DNA of 64,000 bases from contig DATKCO010000019.1 of assembly GCA_035513155.1 (NCBI GenBank), forward strand, positions 3,576 to 67,575, in the 5' to 3' direction. Below are positions 8,395 to 18,490 of the stretch, piece after piece; position 1 is the first letter of the stretch; every line of letters starts with the position of its first letter. A program made the position numbers and the translations under genes. Under the pieces are notes generated by a model. That model was not told where the DNA came from and ran no database searches. It saw nothing but the letters and a program-made list of their open reading frames with translations. Source of the stretch: Gemmatimonadota bacterium. Its GTDB lineage: Bacteria > Gemmatimonadota > Gemmatimonadetes > JACCXV01 > JAHWKZ01.

Positions 8395-10062
8395 ATGAGC
8401 GATACGCGTTTCCTCGACCGTCCAGCCCGCGCCGTCCTCGCGATCGCGGCCCTCGCCGTGTTCCTGCTCTCCGGCATCGGCGTGGATCGTGCCCAGGCGC
8501 AGGAGTCCGACTTCATCGTGGCGGTCCTTCCTTTCTCCTCCTCGGACGACGGCAAGGCCAGGGACCTGCAGAAGGACATGATCGCGGGCCTCGACGAGCT
8601 CGGTCCTTACACCCTCATCGAGCAGAAGCGGGTCAACGACGCGCTGGACGACGCCGGGTTGAGGCCCGGTCAGGCGATCCCCGAAGCCACCTCGCTGGAG
8701 GTTGGACGGGCGCTAGGGGCCAAGCTGGTGGCGCGCGGCACGCTCTCGAGGAACGGCGGGGACTGGGTCGCCGAGCCGGTATTCGTCGAGGTCGGCACCC
8801 GGAACACCCAGGAGCTGGGCGCGGTCTCGGCGGGGGGTGTGGGTGACCTCGCGGAGCGGGTCGTGGAGTCGTTCAACTCCCGGAACCAGGCGGACAAGCA
8901 CGTCATCTTCGGGATCGACTACGCCCGGTCCGAGGCCTACGAGCGCGCTCTCTCCAACTTCCAGAAGGCGCTCGAGTACGACAGCGATCTCGCCAGGGCG
9001 TACTACTACATGGGCGACACGTATCTCAAGATGGACTCGCTGAGCGCGGCGCTGGGGGCGCTCCAGAAGGCGGTCGACATCGACCCGGCGTATATCAGCG
9101 CCTATCACTCCATCGGAGCCGCCTATCTGGAGCAGGGCGACACCACCCAGGCGCGGAGCTTCTTCGAGGAGCTCGTCCGGCAGCGCCCGGACGATTGTCA
9201 GATCCAGGTCGCCTATGGCTACGTCATGGCCAATCAGCTCGGGGATGTCGACAGGGGGCTCGAGGCGTTCGAGAGGGCCAAGCAGCTGTGCCCGGACAAT
9301 CCGCAGCCGTACCAGTACCTGGCGTATGCGCTGCCGGACACGCGGCGCGACGCGAAGATCGAGAATTTCAAGCGCTACCTGGAGCTGTCCGAGGGGAAGG
9401 CCACCGATCCCGAGGCCCTGCAGTACCTGTTCGGCCTCTACTTCGCCGAGGAGCAGTACGACGGGGCGAAGCAGACGATCGACCAGGCGCTGGCGGCGGA
9501 CCCCACCGACGCCAACCTGCAGCTCTACGCGGGCATCGTGGAGAGCAAGCTCGGGAGCTACCCGCAGGCGATCCAGCGCTACGATCGCGCGCTGGAGCTG
9601 AACCCGGAGTTGGAGACGGCCTATCTCTATCGGGCGCTGGCGAACCGGGAGCTGGGCAACACGAGTGCCTACGCCCGCGACCTGGAAAAGGCGGGTAAGG
9701 GGCGCTCGGGCGAGATCCTGGCCGGCATGGCTCTGCGCGAGGCGCACGGTGCGCTCCAGGCGGGGCGCGCCAGCGCCGCGCTCGAGGCCCTCAACCGCGC
9801 GGCCTCGCTGGGTGGAGACTCCTGCGCGATCGCCTACTACCGTGGCGACGCCTACTACCGGATGGGGAGAGCGCTCGAGGGCGAGAACAACTCCGTGGGC
9901 CAGAACCAGCGCGCGCGGGAGATGTTCCAGACCTCGATCAACCATCTGCAGGGCGCGTGCGGCGACTATCGCTCCTACGGCCAGGGCCTGATCGGCAACG
10001 CCAATCAGTACATCGAGCGGGTGGACGCGATCATCCGGAAGCTGAGCCGCAGCGGCCGCTGA
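8395..10062 (+). CDS. secreted TPR-repeat protein with TolB-N-like N-terminal domain
   Basis: 555 aa. SD gaaggagga upstream, a signal peptide, an FIVAVLPFSS segment, then many TPR-like repeats (AYYYMGDTYLK, AYHSIGAAYLE and others). Confidence 0.75.
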   Translation: MSDTRFLDRPARAVLAIAALAVFLLSGIGVDRAQAQESDFIVAVLPFSSSDDGKARDLQKDMIAGLDELGPYTLIEQKRVNDALDDAGLRPGQAIPEATSLEVGRALGAKLVARGTLSRNGGDWVAEPVFVEVGTRNTQELGAVSAGGVGDLAERVVESFNSRNQADKHVIFGIDYARSEAYERALSNFQKALEYDSDLARAYYYMGDTYLKMDSLSAALGALQKAVDIDPAYISAYHSIGAAYLEQGDTTQARSFFEELVRQRPDDCQIQVAYGYVMANQLGDVDRGLEAFERAKQLCPDNPQPYQYLAYALPDTRRDAKIENFKRYLELSEGKATDPEALQYLFGLYFAEEQYDGAKQTIDQALAADPTDANLQLYAGIVESKLGSYPQAIQRYDRALELNPELETAYLYRALANRELGNTSAYARDLEKAGKGRSGEILAGMALREAHGALQAGRASAALEALNRAASLGGDSCAIAYYRGDAYYRMGRALEGENNSVGQNQRAREMFQTSINHLQGACGDYRSYGQGLIGNANQYIERVDAIIRKLSRSGR

Positions 10063-10088
10063 ACCGCGGTCGCCCGACGTCTGCCAGG

Positions 10089-10119
10089 GACGGGTCGCTC
10101 CCCATGGGGGCGACCCGTC
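10089..10119 (+). terminator. GC-rich hairpin after the TPR gene (no U-tract)
   Basis: gacgggtcgctcccc / gggggcgacccgtc pair as a 13-14 bp stem with one bulge, 27 nt after the stop codon. Confidence 0.4.
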
Positions 10120-10125
10120 GTCGCG

Positions 10126-10154
10126 TTGACACTGGGAGGGGCCAGCCGTAGTTT
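10126..10154 (+). promoter_or_regulatory. sigma70-like promoter upstream of tRNA-Asp
   Basis: TTGACA (10126-10131), 17-nt spacer, TAGTTT (10149-10154), about 45 nt before the tRNA 5' end. Confidence 0.55.
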
Positions 10155-10200
10155 CTTGTCCCCGGCACTCTCATCGGCTGATTCCAGATCCTAATGGCGC

Positions 10201-10278
<78 letters not shown>

Positions 10279-10345
10279 TTCACAGAAGGGTGCCGATCCC
10301 TTTCCGTATGATGCTTCTGACCGCCAGACCCGGCGCCCCGGCCAA

Positions 10346-11602
10346 GTGAGCGGCGAGCGAGTCTCGGTCGCCGGGGTCAGCCACAAGACCGCCCCGCTCG
10401 AGAAGCGTGAGCGGTTCGCCTTCCAGGATGACGCCGCGCGCGGGATGCTCGCGGGGCTCGGCGACGAGGCCTTCCTCCTCGTGACCTGCAACCGCACCGA
10501 GCTCTACGGCACCCGCGACCCGGGGGACCTCGAGCGCTCCCTGCTCGAAGCCGCGCCCGGGGGCGACCCGGAGGTGTTCTACCACAAATCGGGCCGTGAG
10601 GCGGTGAGTCACCTCTTCGCCGTGGCCGCGGGCCTCGATTCCATGGTCGTGGGCGAGCCCCAGATCCTCGGGCAAATCAAGCGCGCGATGTCGGACGCCC
10701 TCGAGGCGGGGACACTGGGGCCCGTCCTCGACCAGCTCGTGCGACGGGCTCTCAGGGTGGGTCGGCGGGCGCGCCGCGAGACCGACATCGGCAAGGGACT
10801 GCCCTCGATCCCCAAGGTGGCGACCGGCATGGCCCGGCTGGTGCTGGGCGAGCTGTCACAGTGCAGCCTGCTGGTGGTGGGAACGGGCAAGCTCGGCCAC
10901 CTGACGGCCGCGCTGCTCCAGCGGGCGGGGGCGACGGAGGTCGTGGTCACGAACAGGAGCCCCGCCGCCGCGCGCGAGCTCGCGGCGGAGATCGGCGGCC
11001 GGGCGGCTCCGTTCGAGAGCCTGGACCGGCTCCTCCTCGACGTCGACATCGTCATCTCCTGCACCGCGGCTCCGGCGCCGATCCTGACCCGCGACCGGCT
11101 GGCCGCCGCGGCCGCCGCGCGCCGCGGACGGCGACTCGTGCTCATCGATATCGCCGTACCCCGGGACGTCGAGCCGGAAGTGCGCGCGCTGCGCGGCGTG
11201 CGCCTCTACGACCTCGACGACCTGCGGGGCTGGGGATCGGCCTCGCTGGCCCCCGCCACGATCGATCGAGCCCAGGCGATCGTCGAGCAGGAGACGACCG
11301 ATTTCCTCGCCTGGCAGGCGGCGCGGGCCGCGGTTCCCACGATTCGGGCGCTGCGGGAGCGGGCGGAGCGGATCCTCGATCTCGAGATCGGGCGGCAGCC
11401 GCCCGATCAGGCCGAGGCGCTGCGGGAGTTCGGGCGCCGGCTCCTCGCCAAGATCCTCCATGAGCCCCTCGTCCACCTCCGGGGAGGCACGGCCTCGGAG
11501 GGGGAGACGTACCTGGCGGTGGCCCGGGACCTGTTCGGGCTCGAGGAGGGCTCGAACGGGGGGTCGGACGCGGAGAGCGAAGCCGGGAACGCCGAACGAT
11601 GA
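10346..11602 (+). CDS. hemA: glutamyl-tRNA reductase
   Basis: 418 aa. N-terminal VAGVSHKTAPLEKRERF and TCNRTELY motifs plus a GTGKLG NADPH-binding site. GTG start without an obvious SD. Confidence 0.9.
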   Translation: MSGERVSVAGVSHKTAPLEKRERFAFQDDAARGMLAGLGDEAFLLVTCNRTELYGTRDPGDLERSLLEAAPGGDPEVFYHKSGREAVSHLFAVAAGLDSMVVGEPQILGQIKRAMSDALEAGTLGPVLDQLVRRALRVGRRARRETDIGKGLPSIPKVATGMARLVLGELSQCSLLVVGTGKLGHLTAALLQRAGATEVVVTNRSPAAARELAAEIGGRAAPFESLDRLLLDVDIVISCTAAPAPILTRDRLAAAAAARRGRRLVLIDIAVPRDVEPEVRALRGVRLYDLDDLRGWGSASLAPATIDRAQAIVEQETTDFLAWQAARAAVPTIRALRERAERILDLEIGRQPPDQAEALREFGRRLLAKILHEPLVHLRGGTASEGETYLAVARDLFGLEEGSNGGSDAESEAGNAER

Positions 11603-12513
11603 CCGTCGCGGTGGCCCGGGTGGGGACACGCGGCAGCGCGCTCGCGCTGGCCCAGACGGCCCTCGTCGTCGAGCGGCTCGCGGCATTGGGGATCGAGGTC
11701 GAGCTCGTCACGGTCCAGACGAGCGGGGACCGGGCCCAGTCGGACGGCTCGATGATGCTCGAGCGCGGCGCGTTCGTGAAGGACCTCGAGGCCGCGCTGC
11801 TGGCCGGCGAGATCGATCTCGCCATCCACAGCGCGAAGGACATGCCGGGCGACGTCCCCCCGGGGACCGTCCTGGCGGCGTTCCCCATCCGGGGCGACGC
11901 GCGGGACGCGCTCGTCACGGCAGACGGGTCGCGGCTCGAGCAGCTTCCATCCGGCAGCCGGGTCGGGACCGAGAGCCCGCGGCGGCGGGCGTTCATCCGC
12001 TACGAGCGGCCCGACCTCGAGGTGGTGCCGATCCGCGGAAACGTTGACACCCGCCTGGCCAAGCTGGACGCGGGCGAGGTCGACGCGCTGGTCCTCGCGG
12101 CCGCCGGCCTCGAGCGGCTGGGGCTCGCCGGCCGGATCGCCGAGGCGCTCCCGGTGGCACGGATGGTCCCGGCTCCCGGCCAGGGCGCGCTCGCCGTGCA
12201 GGCCCGGGAGGGAGACCCCTGGGCCGAGCGCGCCCGCGAGATCGACGATTGGGGGACGCGCTTGGAGGTCGTTGCCGAGCGCGCGTTCCTGCGGGCCATG
12301 GGGGGTGGCTGCCGCACCCCGTTTGCGGCGCACGCGAGCTGGTTCAGCGGCGAGCTCGCGATGGACGCCGCGGCACTCGCGGTCGAGGGGGAGGAGATCC
12401 TGCGCGACCGGCTGATCGGACCCGACGAAGAGGCCGCCGCCCTCGGGGAGCGGCTGGCCCGGCGGCTGATCGACCGGGGCGCGGAGCGTCCGGCCTCCGC
12501 GAGCGGGCCGTGA
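11599..12513 (+). CDS. hemC: hydroxymethylbilane synthase (porphobilinogen deaminase)
   Basis: 304 aa with VGTRGSALALAQT, IRGNVDTRL and GGCRTP motifs. ATGA overlap with hemA. Confidence 0.92.
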   Translation: MTVAVARVGTRGSALALAQTALVVERLAALGIEVELVTVQTSGDRAQSDGSMMLERGAFVKDLEAALLAGEIDLAIHSAKDMPGDVPPGTVLAAFPIRGDARDALVTADGSRLEQLPSGSRVGTESPRRRAFIRYERPDLEVVPIRGNVDTRLAKLDAGEVDALVLAAAGLERLGLAGRIAEALPVARMVPAPGQGALAVQAREGDPWAERAREIDDWGTRLEVVAERAFLRAMGGGCRTPFAAHASWFSGELAMDAAALAVEGEEILRDRLIGPDEEAAALGERLARRLIDRGAERPASASGP

Positions 12514-13259
12514 GGGACTGGCGGGTGCTCGTGCCGCGACCCGCCGGGGGCGAGCTGTCGCGGCTCCTCAGCGGGCGCGGTGCGATCCCGGTCGAGATCC
12601 CGTTGATCGCGATCCGGCCGCCGACCGACGACGGCGCGCTGGACGCCGCCGCGCGAGCGATCGACGGCTACGACTGGATCGTCGTGACGAGCGTCAACGG
12701 GGTGCGGGCGGTGTTCGACCGGCTGCGGGCCCTGGGGATCGCCTATCCGGAGCGTCCGCGATGGGTGGCGGTCGGACCCGCCACGGCGGCGGCTGTCGCG
12801 GCCGAGGGGATGCGCGTGGCGCGCGTCCCCGAGTCCGGCACGGGAGCCGCGATCGCCGGGGAGCTGGGCGATCTGGACGGCCAGCGCGTCCTCCTGCCGC
12901 GGGCGCGGATCGCCTCGGACGACCTCCCGGAGGCGCTCGGAGCGCGCGGCGCCCGGGTGGACGCGGTGGCCGCCTACGACACCGTGATCGGGCCGGAGTC
13001 GTCGCGGGAGCCGCTCGCGCGGGCGCTCGACGCCGGCCTCCACGCGGCGATCTTCACCAGCGGGTCGACGGTCGCCGGGTTCGTCCACCTGGCCGGGGAC
13101 CCGCGCGCGCGGCTGGCCGAGGCCGTGACCGTCTGCATCGGTCCCACGACCGCCCGCGTGCTCGAGGAGGCCGGCGTCCGGCCGTCGCGCGTGGCGGCCC
13201 GGCGGACGCCGGAAGCGCTGGTCCAAGCCCTGGAGGAGGTCGCCCATGCACGAGCCTGA
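12510..13259 (+). CDS. hemD: uroporphyrinogen-III synthase
   Basis: Internal GTG (GTGA overlap with the hemC stop) of ORF 12249..13259. 249 aa with a HemD-like pattern ([19 protein letters not shown]). Confidence 0.8.
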   Translation: MRDWRVLVPRPAGGELSRLLSGRGAIPVEIPLIAIRPPTDDGALDAAARAIDGYDWIVVTSVNGVRAVFDRLRALGIAYPERPRWVAVGPATAAAVAAEGMRVARVPESGTGAAIAGELGDLDGQRVLLPRARIASDDLPEALGARGARVDAVAAYDTVIGPESSREPLARALDAGLHAAIFTSGSTVAGFVHLAGDPRARLAEAVTVCIGPTTARVLEEAGVRPSRVAARRTPEALVQALEEVAHARA

Positions 13260-14226
13260 GTTTCCGGCGCTGCGACTGCGGCGCCTGCGGCGGACCCCCG
13301 CCCTCCGTGGGCTGACGCGGGAGACCCGCCTCTCGCCCGACCGGCTCCTGTGCCCGCTCTTCGTGCGCGAGGGGGAGGGGGTGCGGGAGCCGATCCCCTC
13401 GATGCCGGGCCAATTTCGGCTCTCGGTCGACGCGCTGGTGGCCGAGGCGCGCGAGCTGGCGGACCTGGGCCTGGCCGGCGTGCTCCTGTTCGGGCTCCCC
13501 GGCTCCAAGGATCCCACCGGAAGCGGCGCTTGGGCGGGGGACGGGATCGTCCAGCGGGCGGCGAGCGCTCTCAGGGAGGCCGGCTCGCCGCTCCTCGTCG
13601 TCGCGGACGTCTGTTTGTGCGAGTACACCGACCACGGCCACTGCGGGGTGCTGGAGGGGAACGAGATCGCCAACGACCCCACCCTCGAGCTGCTAGCGCG
13701 CACGGCCGTATCGCTCGTCGAGGCGGGCGCGGACATCGTCGCGCCGAGCGCGATGATGGACGGGCAGGTGGCCGCGATTCGTCGCGGCCTCGACGAGGCC
13801 GGGCGGCCGGAGGTCCCGATCATCGCCTACGCCGCCAAGTTCGCCTCGGCGTTCTATGGACCGTTCCGGGAGGCCGCGGACTCGGCGCCCGCGTCGGGGG
13901 ACCGCCGGGGCTACCAGCTGGATCCGCCCAACGGCCGGGAGGCGATCCGGGAGATGGCCGCGGACCTGGCCGAGGGCGCGGACGTCCTGATGGTCAAGCC
14001 GGCGCTCCCGTACCTCGACGTGCTGCGTCGGGCGCGCGAACGGTTCGACGCCCCACTCGCCGCCTATCACGTCAGCGGCGAGTACGCGATGATCGTGGCC
14101 GCGGCGGAGCGCGGCTGGATCGACCGCCGGGCGGTCGCCGAGGAGAGCCTGACCTCGATCGCGCGCGCCGGCGCCGACGTCGTGATCACGTACTTCGCCA
14201 AGGAGGCCGCTTCGTGGCTGAGATGA
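13246..14226 (+). CDS. hemB: porphobilinogen synthase (ALA dehydratase)
   Basis: 326 aa with [20 protein letters not shown] (Zn site), [11 protein letters not shown] and [10 protein letters not shown] motifs. Confidence 0.93.
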   Translation: MHEPEFPALRLRRLRRTPALRGLTRETRLSPDRLLCPLFVREGEGVREPIPSMPGQFRLSVDALVAEARELADLGLAGVLLFGLPGSKDPTGSGAWAGDGIVQRAASALREAGSPLLVVADVCLCEYTDHGHCGVLEGNEIANDPTLELLARTAVSLVEAGADIVAPSAMMDGQVAAIRRGLDEAGRPEVPIIAYAAKFASAFYGPFREAADSAPASGDRRGYQLDPPNGREAIREMAADLAEGADVLMVKPALPYLDVLRRARERFDAPLAAYHVSGEYAMIVAAAERGWIDRRAVAEESLTSIARAGADVVITYFAKEAASWLR

Positions 14227-14900
14227 ACGACCGCCACTTCGTCCACGTCCTGGCGCTGAAGGTCGACCCGGAGTGGCGCCGGCGCCCGGACCCCGAGCGG
14301 CGGGCGGACGTCGAGGCGCTGCGGGCGGCGGCCGAACGGACCGCCGAGCGGGTGACGACCTACACCTACTCGATGATCGGCACGCGTGCGGACGCGACGT
14401 TCCTGTTCTGGCGCCTCGGCTCCTCGCTCGAGGAGATCGAGGAGACCGCCGCCCTCATCCTCCGCTCGGGTCTCGGCCGGTGGTGCCGGATCGGGTATTC
14501 GATGATCGGTCTCGTCCGCCCCTCCAGCTACGTCAAGGAGCGGACCCCGCAGGAGGAGGCGATGTTCACCGGCGAGCGGAGCCGCTACATCATCGTCTAT
14601 CCCTTCGTCAAGACGGCCGACTGGTACCGGTTGGACGAGGACGTCCGGCGCCGGCAGATGTCCGAGCACATCCGGGTGGGGCGGAAGTACCCGATGATCC
14701 AGCAGTTGCTGGCCTACTCGTTCGGCCTCGACGATCAGGAGTTCATCGTGGCGTACGAGACCGACGACCTCCAGGCGTTCCAGGACCTGGTGCGGGATCT
14801 GCGCGACACCGAGGGGAGACGGGCCACCGTGCGGGACACCCCGCAGCTCGTCGGTGTACACCGGCAGCTGTCGGAGATCCTCGGACTCCTGGGAGGATGA
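14223..14900 (+). CDS. hemQ: coproheme decarboxylase HemQ/ChdC (chlorite-dismutase family)
   Basis: Internal ATG (ATGA overlap with the hemB stop). 225 aa with [26 protein letters not shown] and [17 protein letters not shown] motifs. Confidence 0.85.
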   Translation: MNDRHFVHVLALKVDPEWRRRPDPERRADVEALRAAAERTAERVTTYTYSMIGTRADATFLFWRLGSSLEEIEETAALILRSGLGRWCRIGYSMIGLVRPSSYVKERTPQEEAMFTGERSRYIIVYPFVKTADWYRLDEDVRRRQMSEHIRVGRKYPMIQQLLAYSFGLDDQEFIVAYETDDLQAFQDLVRDLRDTEGRRATVRDTPQLVGVHRQLSEILGLLGG

Positions 14901-16192
14901 CCTTCGAGGGGGACACCAGCGAGACGCTCTTCGCGCGCGCCCGGGAGCTGTTCCCGGGCGGGGTCAACAGCCCGGTCCGGGCGTGGGGAGCGGTCGGCGG
15001 GACGCCCCTCTTCATCGCGCGCGCGGCGGGGGCCCGGATGTGGGACGTGGAAGGAAACGAGTATCTCGACTGGGTCTCGTCCTGGGGAGCGATCCTCCTC
15101 GGGCACGCGCATCCGGCCGTGGTCGAGGCCGTGCGGGAGGCCGCCTCGCGCGGGACGACGTTCGGCGCTCCGACTCCCGGGGAAGTCCGGCTCGGGGAGC
15201 GGATCCGGGCGGCCATGCCCGCGGTCGAGCGCATGCGGTTCACGAGCTCGGGCACCGAAGCGGTCATGAGCGCGGTGCGGCTGGCGCGTGCCTTCACCGG
15301 GCGGTCCCGGATCGTGAAGTTCGCGGGCTGCTACCATGGCCACGCGGACGCGCTGCTGGCCCAGTCGGGCTCGGGCGTCGCCACGCTGGGGCTGCCGGAC
15401 AGCGCCGGGGTCCCGGAGGCGGCCACGCGCGACACCGTGGTGGCGCCCTACAACGACATCGATGCCGTGACGTCGCTGTTCCGCGAGATCGGGGACGAGA
15501 TCGCCGCGGTCGTGGTCGAGCCGGTGGCGGCGAACATGGGGGTGGTCCTCCCGCTCCCGGGGTTTCTGTCCTCGCTCCGCGAGCTGACCGCGCGCCACGG
15601 GGCGCTGCTCGTGTTCGACGAGGTGATCACGGGCTTCCGCCTCGGGCCGGGCGGCGCACAGGGCCGGTTCCAGGTCGCCCCCGACCTCACGTGCCTCGGT
15701 AAGATCATCGGCGGCGGTCTCCCGGTCGGCGCCTTCGGGGGCCGCTCGGAGATCATGGCGCGGCTGGCCCCCGAGGGGCCGACGTATCAGGCGGGGACGC
15801 TGTCGGGGAATCCGCTGGCGATGGCCGCCGGAAACGCCGCGCTGGAGGCGCTGGCGGCGGATCCGACGACCTACGAGACGCTCGACGAGCGCGCGGCGCG
15901 GCTCGCGACGGGCCTGGAGGAGGCGGGTGGCGGCCGGGTCAGCGTGTCGCGGGCCGGTGCCCTCCTGACCGTGTTCTTCGCCGCGGAGCCGCCCGTCGAC
16001 TACGAGCGCGCGAAGGCCAGCGACACGGCCGCTTTCGCGCGGTTCTTCCATGCGATGCGGGAGCGGGGCGTTCTGCTTCCGCCCTCCGCCTTCGAGGCGT
16101 GGTTCCCTACGCTGGCGCATGGCGAGGCGGAGATCGAGGCCACGCTGGAGGCCGCTCGCGAGGCGCTCCCCCGGGCCCTCGACGCGGCGTGA
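14897..16192 (+). CDS. hemL: glutamate-1-semialdehyde 2,1-aminomutase
   Basis: Internal ATG (ATGA overlap). 431 aa with FPGGVNSPVRAW, FDEVITGFR and CLGKIIGGGLPVGAFGG motifs. Confidence 0.93.
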   Translation: MTFEGDTSETLFARARELFPGGVNSPVRAWGAVGGTPLFIARAAGARMWDVEGNEYLDWVSSWGAILLGHAHPAVVEAVREAASRGTTFGAPTPGEVRLGERIRAAMPAVERMRFTSSGTEAVMSAVRLARAFTGRSRIVKFAGCYHGHADALLAQSGSGVATLGLPDSAGVPEAATRDTVVAPYNDIDAVTSLFREIGDEIAAVVVEPVAANMGVVLPLPGFLSSLRELTARHGALLVFDEVITGFRLGPGGAQGRFQVAPDLTCLGKIIGGGLPVGAFGGRSEIMARLAPEGPTYQAGTLSGNPLAMAAGNAALEALAADPTTYETLDERAARLATGLEEAGGGRVSVSRAGALLTVFFAAEPPVDYERAKASDTAAFARFFHAMRERGVLLPPSAFEAWFPTLAHGEAEIEATLEAAREALPRALDAA

Positions 16193-17223
16193 ACGACCGC
16201 TTCCTCCGCGCCTGCAGGCGCGCCCCGGTCGACGCCACCCCGGTGTGGTTCATGCGCCAGGCGGGTCGCGCGCTCCCCGAGTACCGGGCGATCCGGGAGC
16301 GCCACGGCCTGCTGGAGATCACGCGGCTTCCGGAGGTGTGCGCCGAGGTGACGCTCCAGCCGGTCCGGAGGTACGGCGTCGACGCGGCCATCCTCTACGC
16401 GGACATCACCCTGCCCTTCGAAGGGCTGGGCTTCGCGTTCGAGATCCGGGAGGGCGTGGGGCCGGTCGTCTTCGAGCCGATCGCGCGCGCCGCGGACGTG
16501 AAGCGCCTGCGCCCGTTCGAACCCGCGGAGGAGGTGGCCCCGCTGCTGGCGGCGATCGGCCTGATCCGCGAGCGGAGCCAGGTGCCGCTCATCGGCTTCG
16601 CCGGCGCGCCGTTCACGCTGGCGTCGTACCTCGTCGAAGGCCGGCCGACACGGACGTTCGAGAAGGTGAAGTCGTTCATGCACGCCGAGCCGGCCGCCTG
16701 GGAGATCCTGATGGAGCGGCTCGTCGACGCCACGATCGCCTACCTCTCCGCCCAGGCCACGGCGGGCGCGCAGGCGCTGCAGATCTTCGACTCCTGGGTC
16801 GGTGCGCTATCCCCCTACGACTACCGGGCGGCCGTCCAGCCGCACATGCGCCGATTGTTCGACGCGCTTCCGCCGGACGTGCCCACGATCCACTTTGGGA
16901 CCGATACCGCGGGGCTCCTCCCGCTCATGGCGGAGGCCGGCGGAGACGTCATGGGAGTGGACTGGAGGATCGATCTCGACCGGGCCTGGTCGCTGGTCGG
17001 GGCGCGGGCGGTCCAGGGGAACCTCGACCCGACGGTCGCCGCCGGGCCGTGGGACGCGGCGGCCGTTCAGGCGCGCGCGATCCTGCGCGCGGTCGAGGGA
17101 AGATCCGGGCACGTCTTCAACCTGGGCCACGGGGTCCTCCCGCATACGCCGGTCGAGAACCTGGAGCGGCTGGTGGCGCTGGTCCACCAGGAGACCGCGG
17201 GGGCGGTGGGGGAGGGGTCGTGA
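16189..17223 (+). CDS. hemE: uroporphyrinogen decarboxylase
   Basis: Internal GTG (GTGA overlap). 344 aa with TPVWFMRQAGR, QIFDSW and HVFNLGHG motifs. Confidence 0.92.
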   Translation: MNDRFLRACRRAPVDATPVWFMRQAGRALPEYRAIRERHGLLEITRLPEVCAEVTLQPVRRYGVDAAILYADITLPFEGLGFAFEIREGVGPVVFEPIARAADVKRLRPFEPAEEVAPLLAAIGLIRERSQVPLIGFAGAPFTLASYLVEGRPTRTFEKVKSFMHAEPAAWEILMERLVDATIAYLSAQATAGAQALQIFDSWVGALSPYDYRAAVQPHMRRLFDALPPDVPTIHFGTDTAGLLPLMAEAGGDVMGVDWRIDLDRAWSLVGARAVQGNLDPTVAAGPWDAAAVQARAILRAVEGRSGHVFNLGHGVLPHTPVENLERLVALVHQETAGAVGEGS

Positions 17224-18110
17224 GGCGCGCCCTGCTCGTGATGTCGTACGGGACGCCGGAGCGGCTGGAGGAGGTCGAGCCCTACTACACCCACATCCGC
17301 CGCGGCTCGCCTCCGCCCCCGGAGCTGCTCGCCGAGCTGGTGGCCCGCTACGAAGCGGTCGGGGGACCGACCGCGCTCAACCGCATCACCCGCGAGCAGG
17401 CCGCCGGCCTCGGCCGGGCGCTCGCCGAGCGCGGCCGGGAGGTCCCCGTCTACACGGGCTTCAAGCACGTCTCGCCCTTCATTGGCGACGCGGTGCGCCG
17501 GCTCGCCGCGGACGGCATCGAGCGCGCGGTCGGGATCGTGCTGGCCCCTCATTACTCGCTGCGCTCGATCGCCGAGTACGCCCGCTACGCGGAGGAGGCG
17601 CGGCCTCCCGGCCTGGAGCTCGAGATCATCCGCTCCTGGCACGACGCCCCCGGCTTCGTCGCCTTCCTCGCGGCGCGTCTCCGGGAAGCGGTCGGCCGCT
17701 CCTCGGGGGATCCGATCGTCCTGTTCACCGCCCATAGCGTGCCGGCCCGCGTGCTCGAGGACGGCGACCCGTACCCCGATCAGCTGCGGGAGACCTGCGA
17801 GCTGGTGGCCCGGGAGGCCGGCGTCGACCGCTGGGAGTTCGCCTTCCAGAGCGCGGGGCGGACGGCGGACCCGTGGCTCGGGCCCGACGTGCTCGACGCG
17901 ATCGAGGCCGCGGCGGATCGGGAGGAACGCGATCTCGTCATCCAGTCGGTGGGGTTCGTGGCGGATCACCTCGAGATCCTCTACGATCTCGACATCGAGG
18001 CGCGGCAGGCGGCGGAAGCGCGCGGGATGGGCTACGTGCGGGCCGCGATGCCGAACGCCCACCCGGAGTTCTTGGCCGCGCTCGCCGATGTCGTGACGCC
18101 CCGCATCTGA
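17220..18110 (+). CDS. hemH: ferrochelatase, probably coproporphyrin ferrochelatase given the linked hemQ
   Basis: Internal GTG (GTGA overlap). 296 aa with LLVMSYGTP, YYTHIRRG, FTAHSVP and GFVADHLEILYDLD motifs. Confidence 0.9.
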   Translation: MRRALLVMSYGTPERLEEVEPYYTHIRRGSPPPPELLAELVARYEAVGGPTALNRITREQAAGLGRALAERGREVPVYTGFKHVSPFIGDAVRRLAADGIERAVGIVLAPHYSLRSIAEYARYAEEARPPGLELEIIRSWHDAPGFVAFLAARLREAVGRSSGDPIVLFTAHSVPARVLEDGDPYPDQLRETCELVAREAGVDRWEFAFQSAGRTADPWLGPDVLDAIEAAADREERDLVIQSVGFVADHLEILYDLDIEARQAAEARGMGYVRAAMPNAHPEFLAALADVVTPRI

Positions 18111-18179
18111 CCGCGCAAGGTGTCTTACAATCCGCGCGGGCGGGCGGGGCTACATTGAATCGAACCTCATGGAGGAGGA

Positions 18180-18485
18180 GTGATGGGGCTCTGGACACGC
18201 GTCGTTCTGGGGCGGTGGCTCGCCCGCTGGCTACTGCGCGGCAGCCCGCTGGCGATCGCCGCCAAGATCGTCGCCGTCGGCGCGCTCGGCGCCTGGAAGT
18301 ACCACCGCGAGCTCAAGCGCTCGGGACGGGACACGCGCCAGATCGACGCGGAATACGAGGTGCTGGGACCTGATCGGATCGCGCCGGTCGCGCGGCCGCC
18401 TACGGAAGGCGCCGGGGAACCGGGGGCCGGACCGCAGGGTAATGGGACCCCGGAGGTCGACGAAGATCCCACACGATCGAGTTAG
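18180..18485 (+). CDS. small hypothetical protein (N-terminal amphipathic/TM segment, disordered tail)
   Basis: 101 aa. Strong SD ggaggaggag upstream of ATG 18180. No recognisable motif. Confidence 0.5.
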   Translation: MMGLWTRVVLGRWLARWLLRGSPLAIAAKIVAVGALGAWKYHRELKRSGRDTRQIDAEYEVLGPDRIAPVARPPTEGAGEPGAGPQGNGTPEVDEDPTRSS

Positions 18486-18490
18486 CATTC

